A stretch of DNA of 63,298 nucleotides, the filler included, from Basidiobolus meristosporus CBS 931.73 (lineage: Eukaryota > Fungi > Basidiobolomycota), in assembly GCA_002104905.1 (NCBI GenBank). It is 4 parts of 4 records of this genome, joined end to end, with 100 filler letters (N's around TTAATTAATTAA, not from the genome) between each part and the next. Parts side by side here need not be neighbours in the genome. Positions count along the whole stretch, not along the records: positions 1 to 24,161 come from MCFE01000953.1; 3 more parts are not named here. The stretch is one strand, 5' to 3'. The first letter of the stretch is position 1. The number at the start of each line of letters is the position of its first letter. Positions 1 through 11,007 of the stretch are shown here, piece after piece. The notes under the pieces are model-generated. The model saw only the letters and a list, made by a program, of their open reading frames with translations. It had not been told where the DNA came from and did no database searches. A program made the translations under genes and the position numbers.

Positions 1-211
1 TTGGGATTAAGAAATTATTTAGTTGAGGGGGAGTGTTGAAATATTGGACTATTTGTTATCATTCAGCAGCTAAAAATTTAGTTAACAATTCTAGACTAGT
101 TTTAGTCACTTTAGGACTCATTTACTGCCTTAACTTTGCCACTTTCTCCAGATAAATGATCTTATAATTACTCCCCTATAGTCAGGATCAAATCAGCACT
201 ATTACCAAACA
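1..211 (+). mobile_element. 3' end of a Ty1/copia LTR retrotransposon: pol C-terminus, polypurine tract and putative 3' LTR (34-211)
   Basis: Frame 1 reads LGLRNYLVEGEC*. TGAGGGGGAG (24-33) is followed directly by TGTTG, the typical copia PPT/LTR junction. Candidate LTR end ...CCAAACA at 211 gives TGTT...AACA termini; the right boundary is uncertain. Confidence 0.5.
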
Positions 212-849
212 TTATGTACTAACCCTGAAACTGTTACAGAATGCTCCTGAATATTGAGAAACCCTCCCTACTTAGTGTTATAGCTGTATTACTTCTACAA
301 AGGTATAAATACTGAGCTTCTTTATGAATAAACAACAGTTCAACTATTATCACTATTTCTTGATATGTTCCTTTTATCCCAATCACTTCTTTAATTGCAA
401 CACTTTCAGTGTTGTCCTGAATCAAAGTAAGAAAAGGCACTATATTTAATTTTTAGCCCTAAAGTTAGATCTGTACAAAGCACTTAGAGTGCCCAATAGT
501 ACCAGTGGACCAAGATAGTGCCATGCATTGTTGTGACATGTTACAAGCCACAGGAGCTAGATTCAGAGTGCCATGGGTATTGATTACCTCATGCAAGTCT
601 TCAGTTTGTCCGTGCTCTTACACATCCTGCACAACATTGATCAACAAAAAAACGTCAAAAATGGCGTTTCTCCTGCATCATATGTGAAGCACAGGGGCTG
701 CTTTGCATGAGGATGCAGATCTATGTTTCACACTCTGTGACCAAGTATAGGCGCACTTTGCCTCTCTGGCACACTATGGCATCATTTGGCACTCATGGCT
801 GAATGTGGCACTATCCAACAGAACAAGTCTAATTTCTATCAAAACAAAA

Positions 850-1620
850 TTTGGCCCCCAGCTTACTTACCATATGTCAACACCTGCTGCAATTGGCAAA
901 CATCTATCTCCTCAACTTTATAGCCTTTCTGTGTGATATTGGCTGCATAGGAAGATTGTACTATCAACTAGACCCTTTCAAACTAGTCAATATTTCTGAA
1001 AGGCCAAGCCTGTTAGTATTGGGCAACTTCAACATTATCTTAGATTATTCATCTACCTTGGGGAACATTTATCACTCATGTCTTCATTGACTGCCACTTT
1101 GTATAATTTGCACTATAGCCCTGATCTTCCTGAAACCTGGAGCAAAACTCACAACCAAGCCATTGGGTCACCCTGCAAACTGCTTCCAGAAGCACCCACC
1201 TTATGCTACCTAGACTTTGCCAAGCCCTTAGTTGTCTCTACAGATGCATCTAATGTTGCATTTGGGGCAGTTCTCTATCTGGATGAAGACCAAAATCAAC
1301 CTCTCAGGATCACTTTTTATGCCAGATCCCTACATCCTGCTGAGAGAAACTATACTGCCACCAAGAAGGAGCTACTTGCCAAAGTCTTTGCCTTGAAGTA
1401 GCCAAATTAGTATCTATAGGGTAACCCTTTTACCGTTTACACTAACCACCAGGCATTTTCTATGTCAGAACTCAAAAGACTCTTACTCCAATACTCACCA
1501 ACTGGTTCAATACTCTACTTAATTACAACTATGCAGTTATTCATTGACCTGGAGTTCTCAACATGCTACCTGACCACATTGTAAGACTTTTTCCAACTTC
1601 ACTCAAACCCAACTACATAT
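850..1620 (+). mobile_element. Degenerate Ty3/gypsy RT-thumb/RNase H fragment
   Basis: ORF 1078-1401 contains LVVSTDASNVAFGAVL...FYARSLHPAERNYTATKKELLA, the gypsy RNase H signature (TDAS...GAVL; E.NY...E.ELLA). Flanks carry stops and frameshifts. Confidence 0.8.
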
Positions 1621-1739
1621 AAGACCAATATTAGATCAGAATCTCTCTATTAGTGTTTCTGCCACTATGAATAATTCTAAGATTCTGCACGTAGTTGATA
1701 TTTAGGTTCAATTAAACCATTCAAGGGTTGTATGACAGG

Positions 1740-2640
1740 TTTCTCTTAGATACAACAAGCAGTAAATGCAAGAAGTTGCCATTGGTGATCTGCTTCTGGA
1801 TAAGTATTCCCATAATGTCCACATATGACTCCCAATGCTTCCAACATACTCTTGTTAGAAATGACTTCAGTAGGCAACAAAATTAAGTACACATCCAGTT
1901 CACTCAGCCTTTGCATTTATATTGTTGCATATGCATATGAATATTGTTTGGAGCCTGTCAGAAGCATTTTGGGTAGCAGACACTCTGAAATATCTTGCCA
2001 ATTATTTCACGCTTCTCTTGCTTCTAGTGTATAGCTCTTGCTTCAACCAATGGCCTCTATCTATTAACCTTGCTAAAATTTCATGCTGACTTATTTATGT
2101 TCTCTCTGTGGAAAGATGATGTCCTTAGTGCTGTTGTCATGCTAATAATTGTGTATGTGAGCTGTAAGTGAAGTCCCCAGGATCTGTCACATCCAACAGC
2201 AATACCATCCATTGTGCCCAGAAAAGCCAACTATCTTGCTGAAGGCTGAGGTAGCACTAATGCAGATAATAATATGTGCCTTGATATATGACCATCTATT
2301 AGTATATCACTAGATAGCATACAAAATCTGTCTAGTAAATGCTACAAGTAGCTGTCCAGGCTGGATGGTAATTTGGCCCTAGATACAAGTGACACCACCA
2401 TCAGATTTCTGCTCTTATACTATAAGTTGGCAGCAGATTCAGCTTGATGAGAATCAGTGGCCCACTGGATTTGCTGGGTGCGTACTAGTTCAATGAGAAT
2501 ACATCAAGTGCTAAGGCAAAGGCATGCTGGTACATACCTTAAGAGTAGCCATTACCCTTGCTTCCCAGTTGTTGGCAATGTTTGTACTTGATCCATACTA
2601 TAATCAGTACTTTATACTTCACAATGTTTGTTGGACTTAT
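1740..2640 (-). mobile_element. CACTA/EnSpm (Tnp2-type) transposase relic
   Basis: Nucleotide homology with 14700-15760, e.g. aatgtccacatatgactcccaatgctt at both ~1814 and ~14763. No intact ORF. Confidence 0.7.
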
Positions 2641-3725
2641 GAAGAATCCAACCTTAGAGGAATGAAAGAAGAAAGGACTTTGCTGTAATTGTCACCAGCC
2701 ACAGCATATTGCAAAGTACTGCCCTCAGAGAAGAAATGGACACCAGTCATAAAGAACCTTCAGCCAAATTGAGGCCCTTGAGCATAGTAGCTTGGAGGAT
2801 GAACTTGAAGAAAACTCAGAACTCATCTTCAATAAGTCTGAAAAATACCTATCCTAGATGACCTCAAACTCAGGAAAGCTATTATACTGAATGGAGTAAT
2901 CAACAGAGTACCTGTCAAGATCATGATTGACTCAGAAACAATGCATGAGTACAAGACAGAGCAATTTGCCTTGAAAGCTGGAATCAACCCAGAATCCACC
3001 AAGTCTACTTCAGTCTCAGCAACTGATGGGAACTCTAACATAATCAGCTGTATAATTCAGCCAGTAAGAATGAAGATCAATGACTATTTAGAAGGCCCAC
3101 AGGCCCATAAATATGGGAACTACAAGTTTGACCTTGTACTTGGAAAAACCTGGCCATTTTGTTGTAATCCATCAATCAACTGGAGAACCCATGGTACTCA
3201 GATCCAGAGCAATAACAAGAACCCATGGTACTCAGATCCAGAGCAATAACAAGTCCTATGAGCTACTACCTGCCAGACTGGATTTCAGCTTGGTCCATTC
3301 CAGTGTGTGTGAAATAATTGAGTTTAGTAACACAGTTCTGTAGAGCACTTAGAAAAGGCACCTAAATGTTCCTCACGGTGGTATTATAGGAGGATTCTTC
3401 TTCTCCAGCACCCCAGAAGGTGCAGACACTTTTGAAGGAATATTCAGGTGTGTTTCCAGATGGACCTGTAAGTCTACCACCAGTCAGAGATGTGGAACAT
3501 GTCATTGACACAGAAGATAGCCCTCCCATAAGTAAAACACCTTACTGAAGGAGTTCATTGGAGTTGGAAGAAATGAAGAGACAAATAGATCAGCTATTGA
3601 AGCAAGGATATATCAGAACCAGCAAGTCACATTGAAGAGCACCAGTACTTTTTGTGAGAAAAAAGGGGGGAGTACTTGGGATTTGCATTGACTACCAAGC
3701 ACTCAGCTCAGTCACTAAGAAGAAT

Positions 3726-4894
3726 TGTGGTAATGGAAAGTATTCCATTACTACAATATCTCTAAACCAATATTGCACTCATTTCTTTATTTTGCTTTTT
3801 GCTATCATAACACACAAGAGAAAGATCAAGAATTTCCAACTTTGAAGAGCAGATGCTTCAGACCCTGACAAGCAATCCACCCAAGAATATTATGTCATAC
3901 AGAACACGTAGTAGTCAACACATGTTTCAAATTACAGCTCATTTGAAGCAGTACTTAAGGAGTTATGACCAAAAGAGTCCAACTATTATATATACTATGC
4001 CTTATTGCTAGGATTACTATGGTGACTTTGATCGTGTGTAACTTTCGAACCAGCCAATCAAATCACGTGATATTTTCACAGGTGCTGCGCCTATGTCCGA
4101 TCTGCGCCACTGCAAAATTTTAGCTTCGTATCACGTGTATTGCTTGCGCAATTGCCCGAAAACTTTGATCCTTTAAAATTTTCATATATATGACTTCCCC
4201 AGCTGAAAAATAAAGAGAGAGCCTCTCTTTCCAGAATCTCCACACTACGATTACAAGTTTAAAGGTTATAAGACTTCCCCTGCATCACTTGCACTGTTGA
4301 GTATTCTGACTTTGATCGGTACTACATCAGTAAAGAGACTGCAAAGCTCACAAGAATCCAATCTAAGTTCTACAAGAAACTACCACTTTTCTGTCGGAAA
4401 AGTCCCCTCTAAGAAACCCATTTACTCTAAAGACACCCCTTTAGACACCCCTTTAGTCTAAAGACCCCTTTAGAGACCCCTTTAGGAAACCCCTTTACTC
4501 TAAAGAAGCCCCTTTAGGCACCCCTTTAGTGTAAAGTCCACTTTAGAGACCTCTATAACACACCCCTTTAGGTTAAAGGGGAGTTCAGAATTTCCATATT
4601 AGGAAATATTTTCTCAGAAAGGAAAGTGACTTCCAAATAAGGAAAAGTTACTATAAAAGTAAATAAGCCCATTAGTCAACAGAAGGTCAGAATACTGCTG
4701 TAGAAGTGATAAACACTGCCTACAGTATATTTTGAGCCCAAGATTGAGGAAATTAGTGAAAGTTATATCTTCTATTGGTATATCAAACTCCCAATAAACT
4801 ATTTCAGTGTTAGCATACTGGAAGTTGTTGTATATTGTTGATTAGCCTCTACATTGTAGAACAAGCCCCAAACTAATCATAATACAACACAACA
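3726..4894. mobile_element. Solo-LTR-like insertion (1169 bp, TG...CA) with 4-bp target-site duplication GAAT
   Basis: GAAT at 3722-3725 and 4895-4898; termini TGTGG...CAACA. Removing the insert restores the RT frame V-T-K-K-N-K-Y-L-I-T-L-I-D-E. Confidence 0.75.
4415..4580. repeat. Degenerate minisatellite of ~9 CCCCTTTAG units with interspersed inverted CTAAAG motifs
   Basis: Directly visible: acacccctttag acacccctttag tctaaag acccctttag agacccctttag ... ggttaaagggg. Confidence 0.85.
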
Positions 4895-7006
4895 GAATAA
4901 GTACCTCATAACTTTGATTGATGAGCGTTGGTACTAACTCAATGGAGATACCATATTTAGCAAGATTAACCTCATGTCAGGATACAACCAGATCAGGGTG
5001 AGACCAGAAGACATCCCTAAGACATCATTCAGGACCAGATATGGACATTATAAGTATTTAGTCTTCAGTTTTGGCCTTACCAATTCCCCTCCAACATTCA
5101 TGAACTTGATGCAAATAGTCTTCCAGGGGTACTTAGACAGGTCTGTTGTAGTCTTCCTAGATGACATATAGATATACAGCAAGATAGAAGAGGAAAATGT
5201 GGTGCACATTGAAAAGTTCTTAAAGATGCTAAGAGAGAACAAGCTGTGTGGCAAGCTAGCCAAGTGTTAATTCTTGAAGAAACATGTTGAATACCTAGGA
5301 CATATAGTGACTAGCACAGGAGTGACCTTACGTCCTAGGAAGGCTGAAGTTATTAAGAATCTGAAGCAGCCCCATAGCATAACAGAGCTCAGATCATTCC
5401 TTGAAATGTTTTTTTGTTATCAAAGATTTGTCAAGTCCTTTGCAAGTAGTGCCCCCCTTTAACTGATATTTGGGAGAGAGACAACACCATGATGTGGGAC
5501 GTAACCCGTGAGACTGCCTTTCAGATGTTCAAGAATGAACTTGCTAAGCTGCCAAGCTTAAGAATCCCAGACTCCAGAAAAGAGTTTACTCTGTGCACAG
5601 ATGTTTCAGACTATGCAATTGTTTGAGTACTGAGCATAGAACACAAGGGAAAGAACTACCCAGTTACTTTCAAGTTTGAGAAACTAAACTCAGCAGAGCA
5701 GAACTACCCAGTGCATGAGAAGGAGTCGCTAGCCATAATTCACTGCCTGAAGACCTGGAGATGCTACATTGAAGGAGTCGAGTGCACTGTGAAGACTGAT
5801 CATGCCTCACTCAAGTATATATTTACTTATGATACTATCCAGAAGAATGACACAATGGAGTGCTAAATTCAGCAATTTGACTTGGAGATTGTCTATTGCC
5901 CTTGGAAAAAAACACAGTTGCTGGTGCCGTATCAAGACAAGTAAAGTTGCGCAACTCAACCTGGTGCATGAATTAGATTGGCTAAGCCAATATCTAAAGT
6001 ACTGGGAGGACCAAGCCATTCCTAATGAGGTGAATGAAGAGATCAAAAAGATAATCTGGAATGAAGCCAGCAAATTTGGAGTAAAGGTTAAAACACTCTA
6101 TCAAACTGTGGATGGAAGCCCCATTTACTATTGACCTACATTGCCTGCCTGAATTTAATTTGTAAGCTACACAATGGATATGGGCATCTTGGAATAGAAG
6201 GAACCTGTAGCCTTGTAAAAGCTAGATCATGGTGGCACAGAAAGAAACAAGATACTGAGAAGCTAGTGAAAGCATGTCTAAACTGCAAATCAGCTAAGGT
6301 TAACCACAGAGAATTGCTGAACTCTTTCCCTTGGAGCCTGTGAGACCATTTGAGAGATGGGAAATTGACAATGTTGGTAGACAGCCAACCACCATCAAAT
6401 GCAACCATGGATCAGAGTAGCATTTGACCATGCCACTAAATGGCCAGTTGCTAAAGTGGTACATGTGGCCAGTGAACAAGAAGTTGAAAGTATCATCTAC
6501 CAAGAGAAGCTTATGAAGCTTGCATGCCCTGTAGAGATTTTATCCATTAGAAGAGCAAACTTGTTGACAAAGATATTGGAAGCTTACCTGGAAATGCAGC
6601 AGATTAAACGCTCAAAAATCTTAGCATATTGCCCTAGAACTAATGGAGTCACCATGTTGCTTAGTGAATTATTTGGAAAAAGCTGACTATCTCCAAGTGC
6701 TGAAAAGATGAAGTAGAGATTTGATAAGACTATAGCGCCAGAATCATTGACAGTTGGGAACTTTGTATTGTGGAGAAACAACATTTGCAAGATGTTTGAT
6801 CCACAATAGACAGGTCCATTCAAGATTATCAGAGAATGTTCATTTGCAACTTACCACTAGTGAACAAACCAGGTAATATTCAGGAAGATTTAGTTCATCA
6901 AGACAGACTCAAGCTTGCAAGAGTTGCTGACAATACTGAAGCATCAAGATTTTGGATTACAAGAAATGATATTCAGGGGAACCCACTTAACTTTGGTAGT
7001 GGCAAT

Positions 7007-7470
7007 TGTTATGGTCTACCACCTTGATATTTAAGTTGAATCAGTTTGTAATCAAGTCAGTTAGTCTTGAGTTTTAGCTATCAGCATATCAGTGTTACCT
7101 ATCAAATCAATAGTATTAGTCAGCAAACGAGTCATCAGATCCTGATCAGACAGATACAGCTATATTAAGTAGAACCCAATTGGATGGTGATGGTGCAATT
7201 AAATGGGACATCAGCCACCACTTACATTTTGAGATACAATTAGTCAGCAATTAATATGGCAAGATCCAGATCAGGATTGGCTGGAACCTCAATAAAATTA
7301 TCTCAGGTTTTAGTGATTACAATACTAGCTGATATTCCTGCTCCTGTGCAACTCTTATATCAATACTAGTAACATATTGATTTTCTACCCACTGCTCATG
7401 CCAAGCTCCGCTGCTCAAAATTCATTGGGCTTACACAAGAATTAGCTTTACTGCAAGGCTAAACATAAGA
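7007..7470 (+). mobile_element. Putative 3' LTR of the gypsy element at 2770-7006
   Basis: TGTTATGG begins right after a purine-biased tract that follows the integrase end; the sequence is non-coding and AT-rich. The right boundary is not established. Confidence 0.4.
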
Positions 7471-7554
7471 CTGGTCCATATGATAAAAACTGACCCAACT
7501 CAAGCATGCAAACAGCTGAAAATCCCATTATAATGTCACCAAAATATTGGCAAT

Positions 7555-8640
7555 TATGCAGTTATGCATATGTGGACACTGACCCATCAGCTACTGATAC
7601 AGAAGTTGATTTGGTGGGTTTCAAGTCAATTCCAACTTTCAAGGCAGATTGTGCTGACAGGTACACAAATGACACTCCTGAGTCAATCAAGATCCTGACA
7701 GGAACTCCATTGACTGATCCACTCAAGTATAATAGCTTTCTAGAGTTTGAGGACATTTGAAATGGATATTCTGCTGTCACATGGAAAATGAGCACTGAGT
7801 CTTCTTCAAGCTCATTCCCATGTTACTATGCTCAAGTACTTCAATATGGCTAAAAGGTCTTGATGACTGGTGTCCATTTCTTCTCAGAGGGCAGTACTTT
7901 GCAATATATCCTTTCTTGTAGCAGCTGAAGCAAGGTCCTTTCTTCTTACATTCTTCTGACATGGGATCTACAGCATAGCATCTAATACTATTGGCACTGC
8001 CTCTGGTTGGCTTTTTTCATGGTGAGTATAGCCTCTCTGTTTGGTCATTGTGGACTTCCCAGCTCCAAACATAGCTAAGTCATATTCAACGGTAATCTTA
8101 AATGCTAATTTAGTAGTCAGAGATCTTTGATGATTAACTTTCTTGCAAGTTCTTTATATCAACTCATCAATAAAGTATTCAACTTGATCCAGGGAGTCCA
8201 TACTCTCAGTTTGTCCAGGTAGACATCAATACTCATAGAGGTATTCTTGAACCATTCCTTTCTGCCTACGTGTCTTCAGCTTCATTCTTAGTAGTTTCTG
8301 CTGGTGGGGAGGTTCATAGGCATTGTAAACTTCCAAGACAAATTCATGCAAAGATAGATATTGTAGAGCATCCCATCATGGTGGCTAACCTGATCTTGTT
8401 GTGATACCACTGTAAAGCTGCATTTGCTTAGTGAGAAGCTGCATTATGCAACTTACTTTCTGGAGTAGTTCATATCGCCTTGAAAGCTTTGTCAATATGA
8501 AAGAACCAAGCTCCAAGGTCTTCATTGACTCTACAATTTTATGGATTGACCTTAACATTAAAGTTGCTCTTAACAGGGTTTTGCTGGCTCTCAGACATGG
8601 TAGTTATTACTTATCACTCAACATGCGCAGCTCTACACTT
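7555..8640 (-). mobile_element. Ty3/gypsy gag-protease relic, same family as 2770-3100 but inverted
   Basis: CCHC-like knuckle CFSCYKKGYIAKYCP and protease LSGSVNGVPVRILIDSG. TKSTSVSVADG matches TKSTSVSATDG at ~2998. Confidence 0.8.
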
Positions 8641-8679
8641 GTAATGGAGCTTCTTAAATCCTGCCACCAATCCCTTGCA

Positions 8680-10850
8680 TAATAGATGTAGAGGCATTCA
8701 GTAGATGTTGGTAATCAGCTTCTTGATATATATTTCTACAAGGTCAACATAGGACTTCTGATAATTATAATGTACTCCAGATAGAAATTGCATCAGAAGG
8801 CTGATTGAATAGATATATTTCCCAATCCTCCAGTCCATACATTTGCATTTTTGTAAATCTCCTTATATAGTTATTGGAGATTGCAAAACATACTTTGGGA
8901 ACTGGATATTCTCAAATATCTTGCCAAGTATGTAGTATTTTTCTAGAATATCATGGGGCCCATGTAGATTGAAGTGCCCCATGTACAACCTGGTAATAAA
9001 ACCAGGGATTTTATTGAAGAGTAAATGCATCACTCCCAGTGGAGAGCTTTTGCTCTAAGAGACACAATTTATCATCAATATCTCTGGTCTCAATTAAATC
9101 CATATTCTGGCCAATGACTAATAACTTGTCATCTTTGCTGCCTTTACTGGATGGCTTTTGGAAATTATCTCTGCAAGAATAAGATGATCCCGGAACCAAT
9201 GTTTGGACCACAATAATGTATGTGATGTGTGGAGCAGATCCCCTAGATCTCACTCATGTTACTGCAATACTGTCTACTGTGCTCAGCAAAGCTGGCTATC
9301 ATGCTGATTGCTGGACTATCTTCACTGCAGTTAATAATAAGAATTTGGACAATATTATTGTTGACCAGTTTACTACTGGATAGCATACAAAGTTCATCCA
9401 TTAATGAACACAAGTAGCTACTCAGGTAGGTCAGGCATTGAGGCCCCTATATCAGTGATACTGCCATCAGATTTCTGCTCTGGTACTGTAACATTGGCAG
9501 TTGATTTAGGTCAATGCAAATTAGCAGCCAGCAGGATTTGCTAGCAGAGTGCTTGTGCAGTGAAAATCAATCAATTACCAAGGTAATGGCATGATCCTAC
9601 ATATCTTCAGGGTAATGCTTTTCTGATTAATTGTTTGTAATGTTTGCTATCATATGTATCAGAAATGCTTGCACTTGATTTACACTCAGTGCAGTATTTT
9701 ATAGATTCAGCCTTTTTGTTTTGCTGCATGAGCCTCTTGAGACATAGTTTTACTGGAAAAATATTTGAGTTGTGAACTTTGTTTTACCCCTATGGTTGCA
9801 TAATTCTGACAAGTTAGACACCTGCAATGTTGGCATATTTGGGTATGAATGCCATTGACTGTTGGCACATACTGGTATCAGGGTGGTCTCTGGGTCATAT
9901 ATTGCCAGGTGTATGATAGTTTTCCATTTGTACTAAGCACATGGTGAGTCATATCCAGGAATGATCTTGGCAAGAATTAGCAGGAAATCATCAAAGCCAC
10001 CACTGGCAAATTGACAGAGGTACACCACTTCTCTAGCCACAAGTTTGCATCATTCATATGTAGATTGAATACTTGGCTAACTTGGCTCCTTAGAATATTC
10101 TTGGCATTTTTTTCCATGGCTACTGTCTCAATACACTTTGGGACATCAACAGGCTTATCAAGGGGTCTCTTGTGACAGAAGACTGACTCATTATCTATCA
10201 GTGGGCCTTCATCTTTGGGGCTATCACTCTGTAGGCTATATGAAGAAGGTCAAGGTGAGCCTCAAGGCATCACAAATCAACATGGATCAGTTTACTTAAA
10301 TTATAAGTGCAGCTGAGCATTGTTGTGAGAGTAGTAAATGGCAGGCTAAATATTGTTGGTATAGCAATGATTGATGAATGCTCAAATATGACTTGTGTGG
10401 CAAAGCACTGGCCATTATCCTTGCAATACTACCTATAATATCTATGTGTCTCATGGCTGAGAGGCATGTTACAATAATCATTTGGTTGTTTTTCCTTCTT
10501 TTACAGTGTTGAATCAAAGAAGTCTTGTTCATGGGGCAAAGTGCTTAACAATCAATATTGCAATGCTAATATTTCCCTGTTGCTAGTACTCATGTGGCTT
10601 CAGACATTCTTGCATTTGAGATGTTATGACAATATGAATGTAGGATGCAATGATGATCCATTAGAGTAATCACTACAAATAAAGATGTGACACCATATAC
10701 ACACCTAAATGTAACTCTGTACTCCGTTTGGTTTGTTTCACTTTTGAATATATGCCACCATGCAATATAGCTTAGTTCTGTAGCTCCCAGCCAATGCTCA
10801 ACTTGATTAAAGGCAGAAAAGCAGTAGGACAATCATTTAATGACCTGGAA
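8680..10850 (-). mobile_element. CACTA/EnSpm element relic (transposase on minus strand plus part of the oppositely oriented second ORF)
   Basis: 8700-9150 is homologous to 14700-15150, and 10370-10560 is homologous to 17190-17400, in the same orientation. Confidence 0.7.
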
Positions 10851-10859
10851 ACTACAAAG

Positions 10860-11003
10860 TGGATGGCTAGATGTCAGATAACTAATCAGTTAGATTGGCT
10901 TAGATGATCAGTTGATGATAAAATGATCACATAAAATTGATAAGTATATTGTAATGGCTATATGAATAAACTTGTCTGTGGGAGGTATGTTTACCCTACC
11001 ACA
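10860..11003 (-). mobile_element. Truncated LTR fragment, same family as 16370-17159
   Basis: Reverse complement reads TGTGGTAGGGTAAACATACCTCCCACAGACAAGTTTATTCATATAG, near-identical to the start at 16370. Flanked by CCGG at 11004-11007. Confidence 0.65.
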
Positions 11004-11007
11004 CCGG

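Larger units (their letters stand above)
2770..7006 (+). mobile_element. 5'-truncated degenerate Ty3/gypsy element (protease, RT, RNase H, integrase), interrupted by an LTR insertion
   Basis: Protease-like NGVINRVPVKIMIDSE; [31 protein letters not shown]; RNase H; integrase H2C2 zinc finger HNGYGHLG...CLNC; C-terminal GPFKII...HQDRLK. Many stops and frameshifts. Confidence 0.9.
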
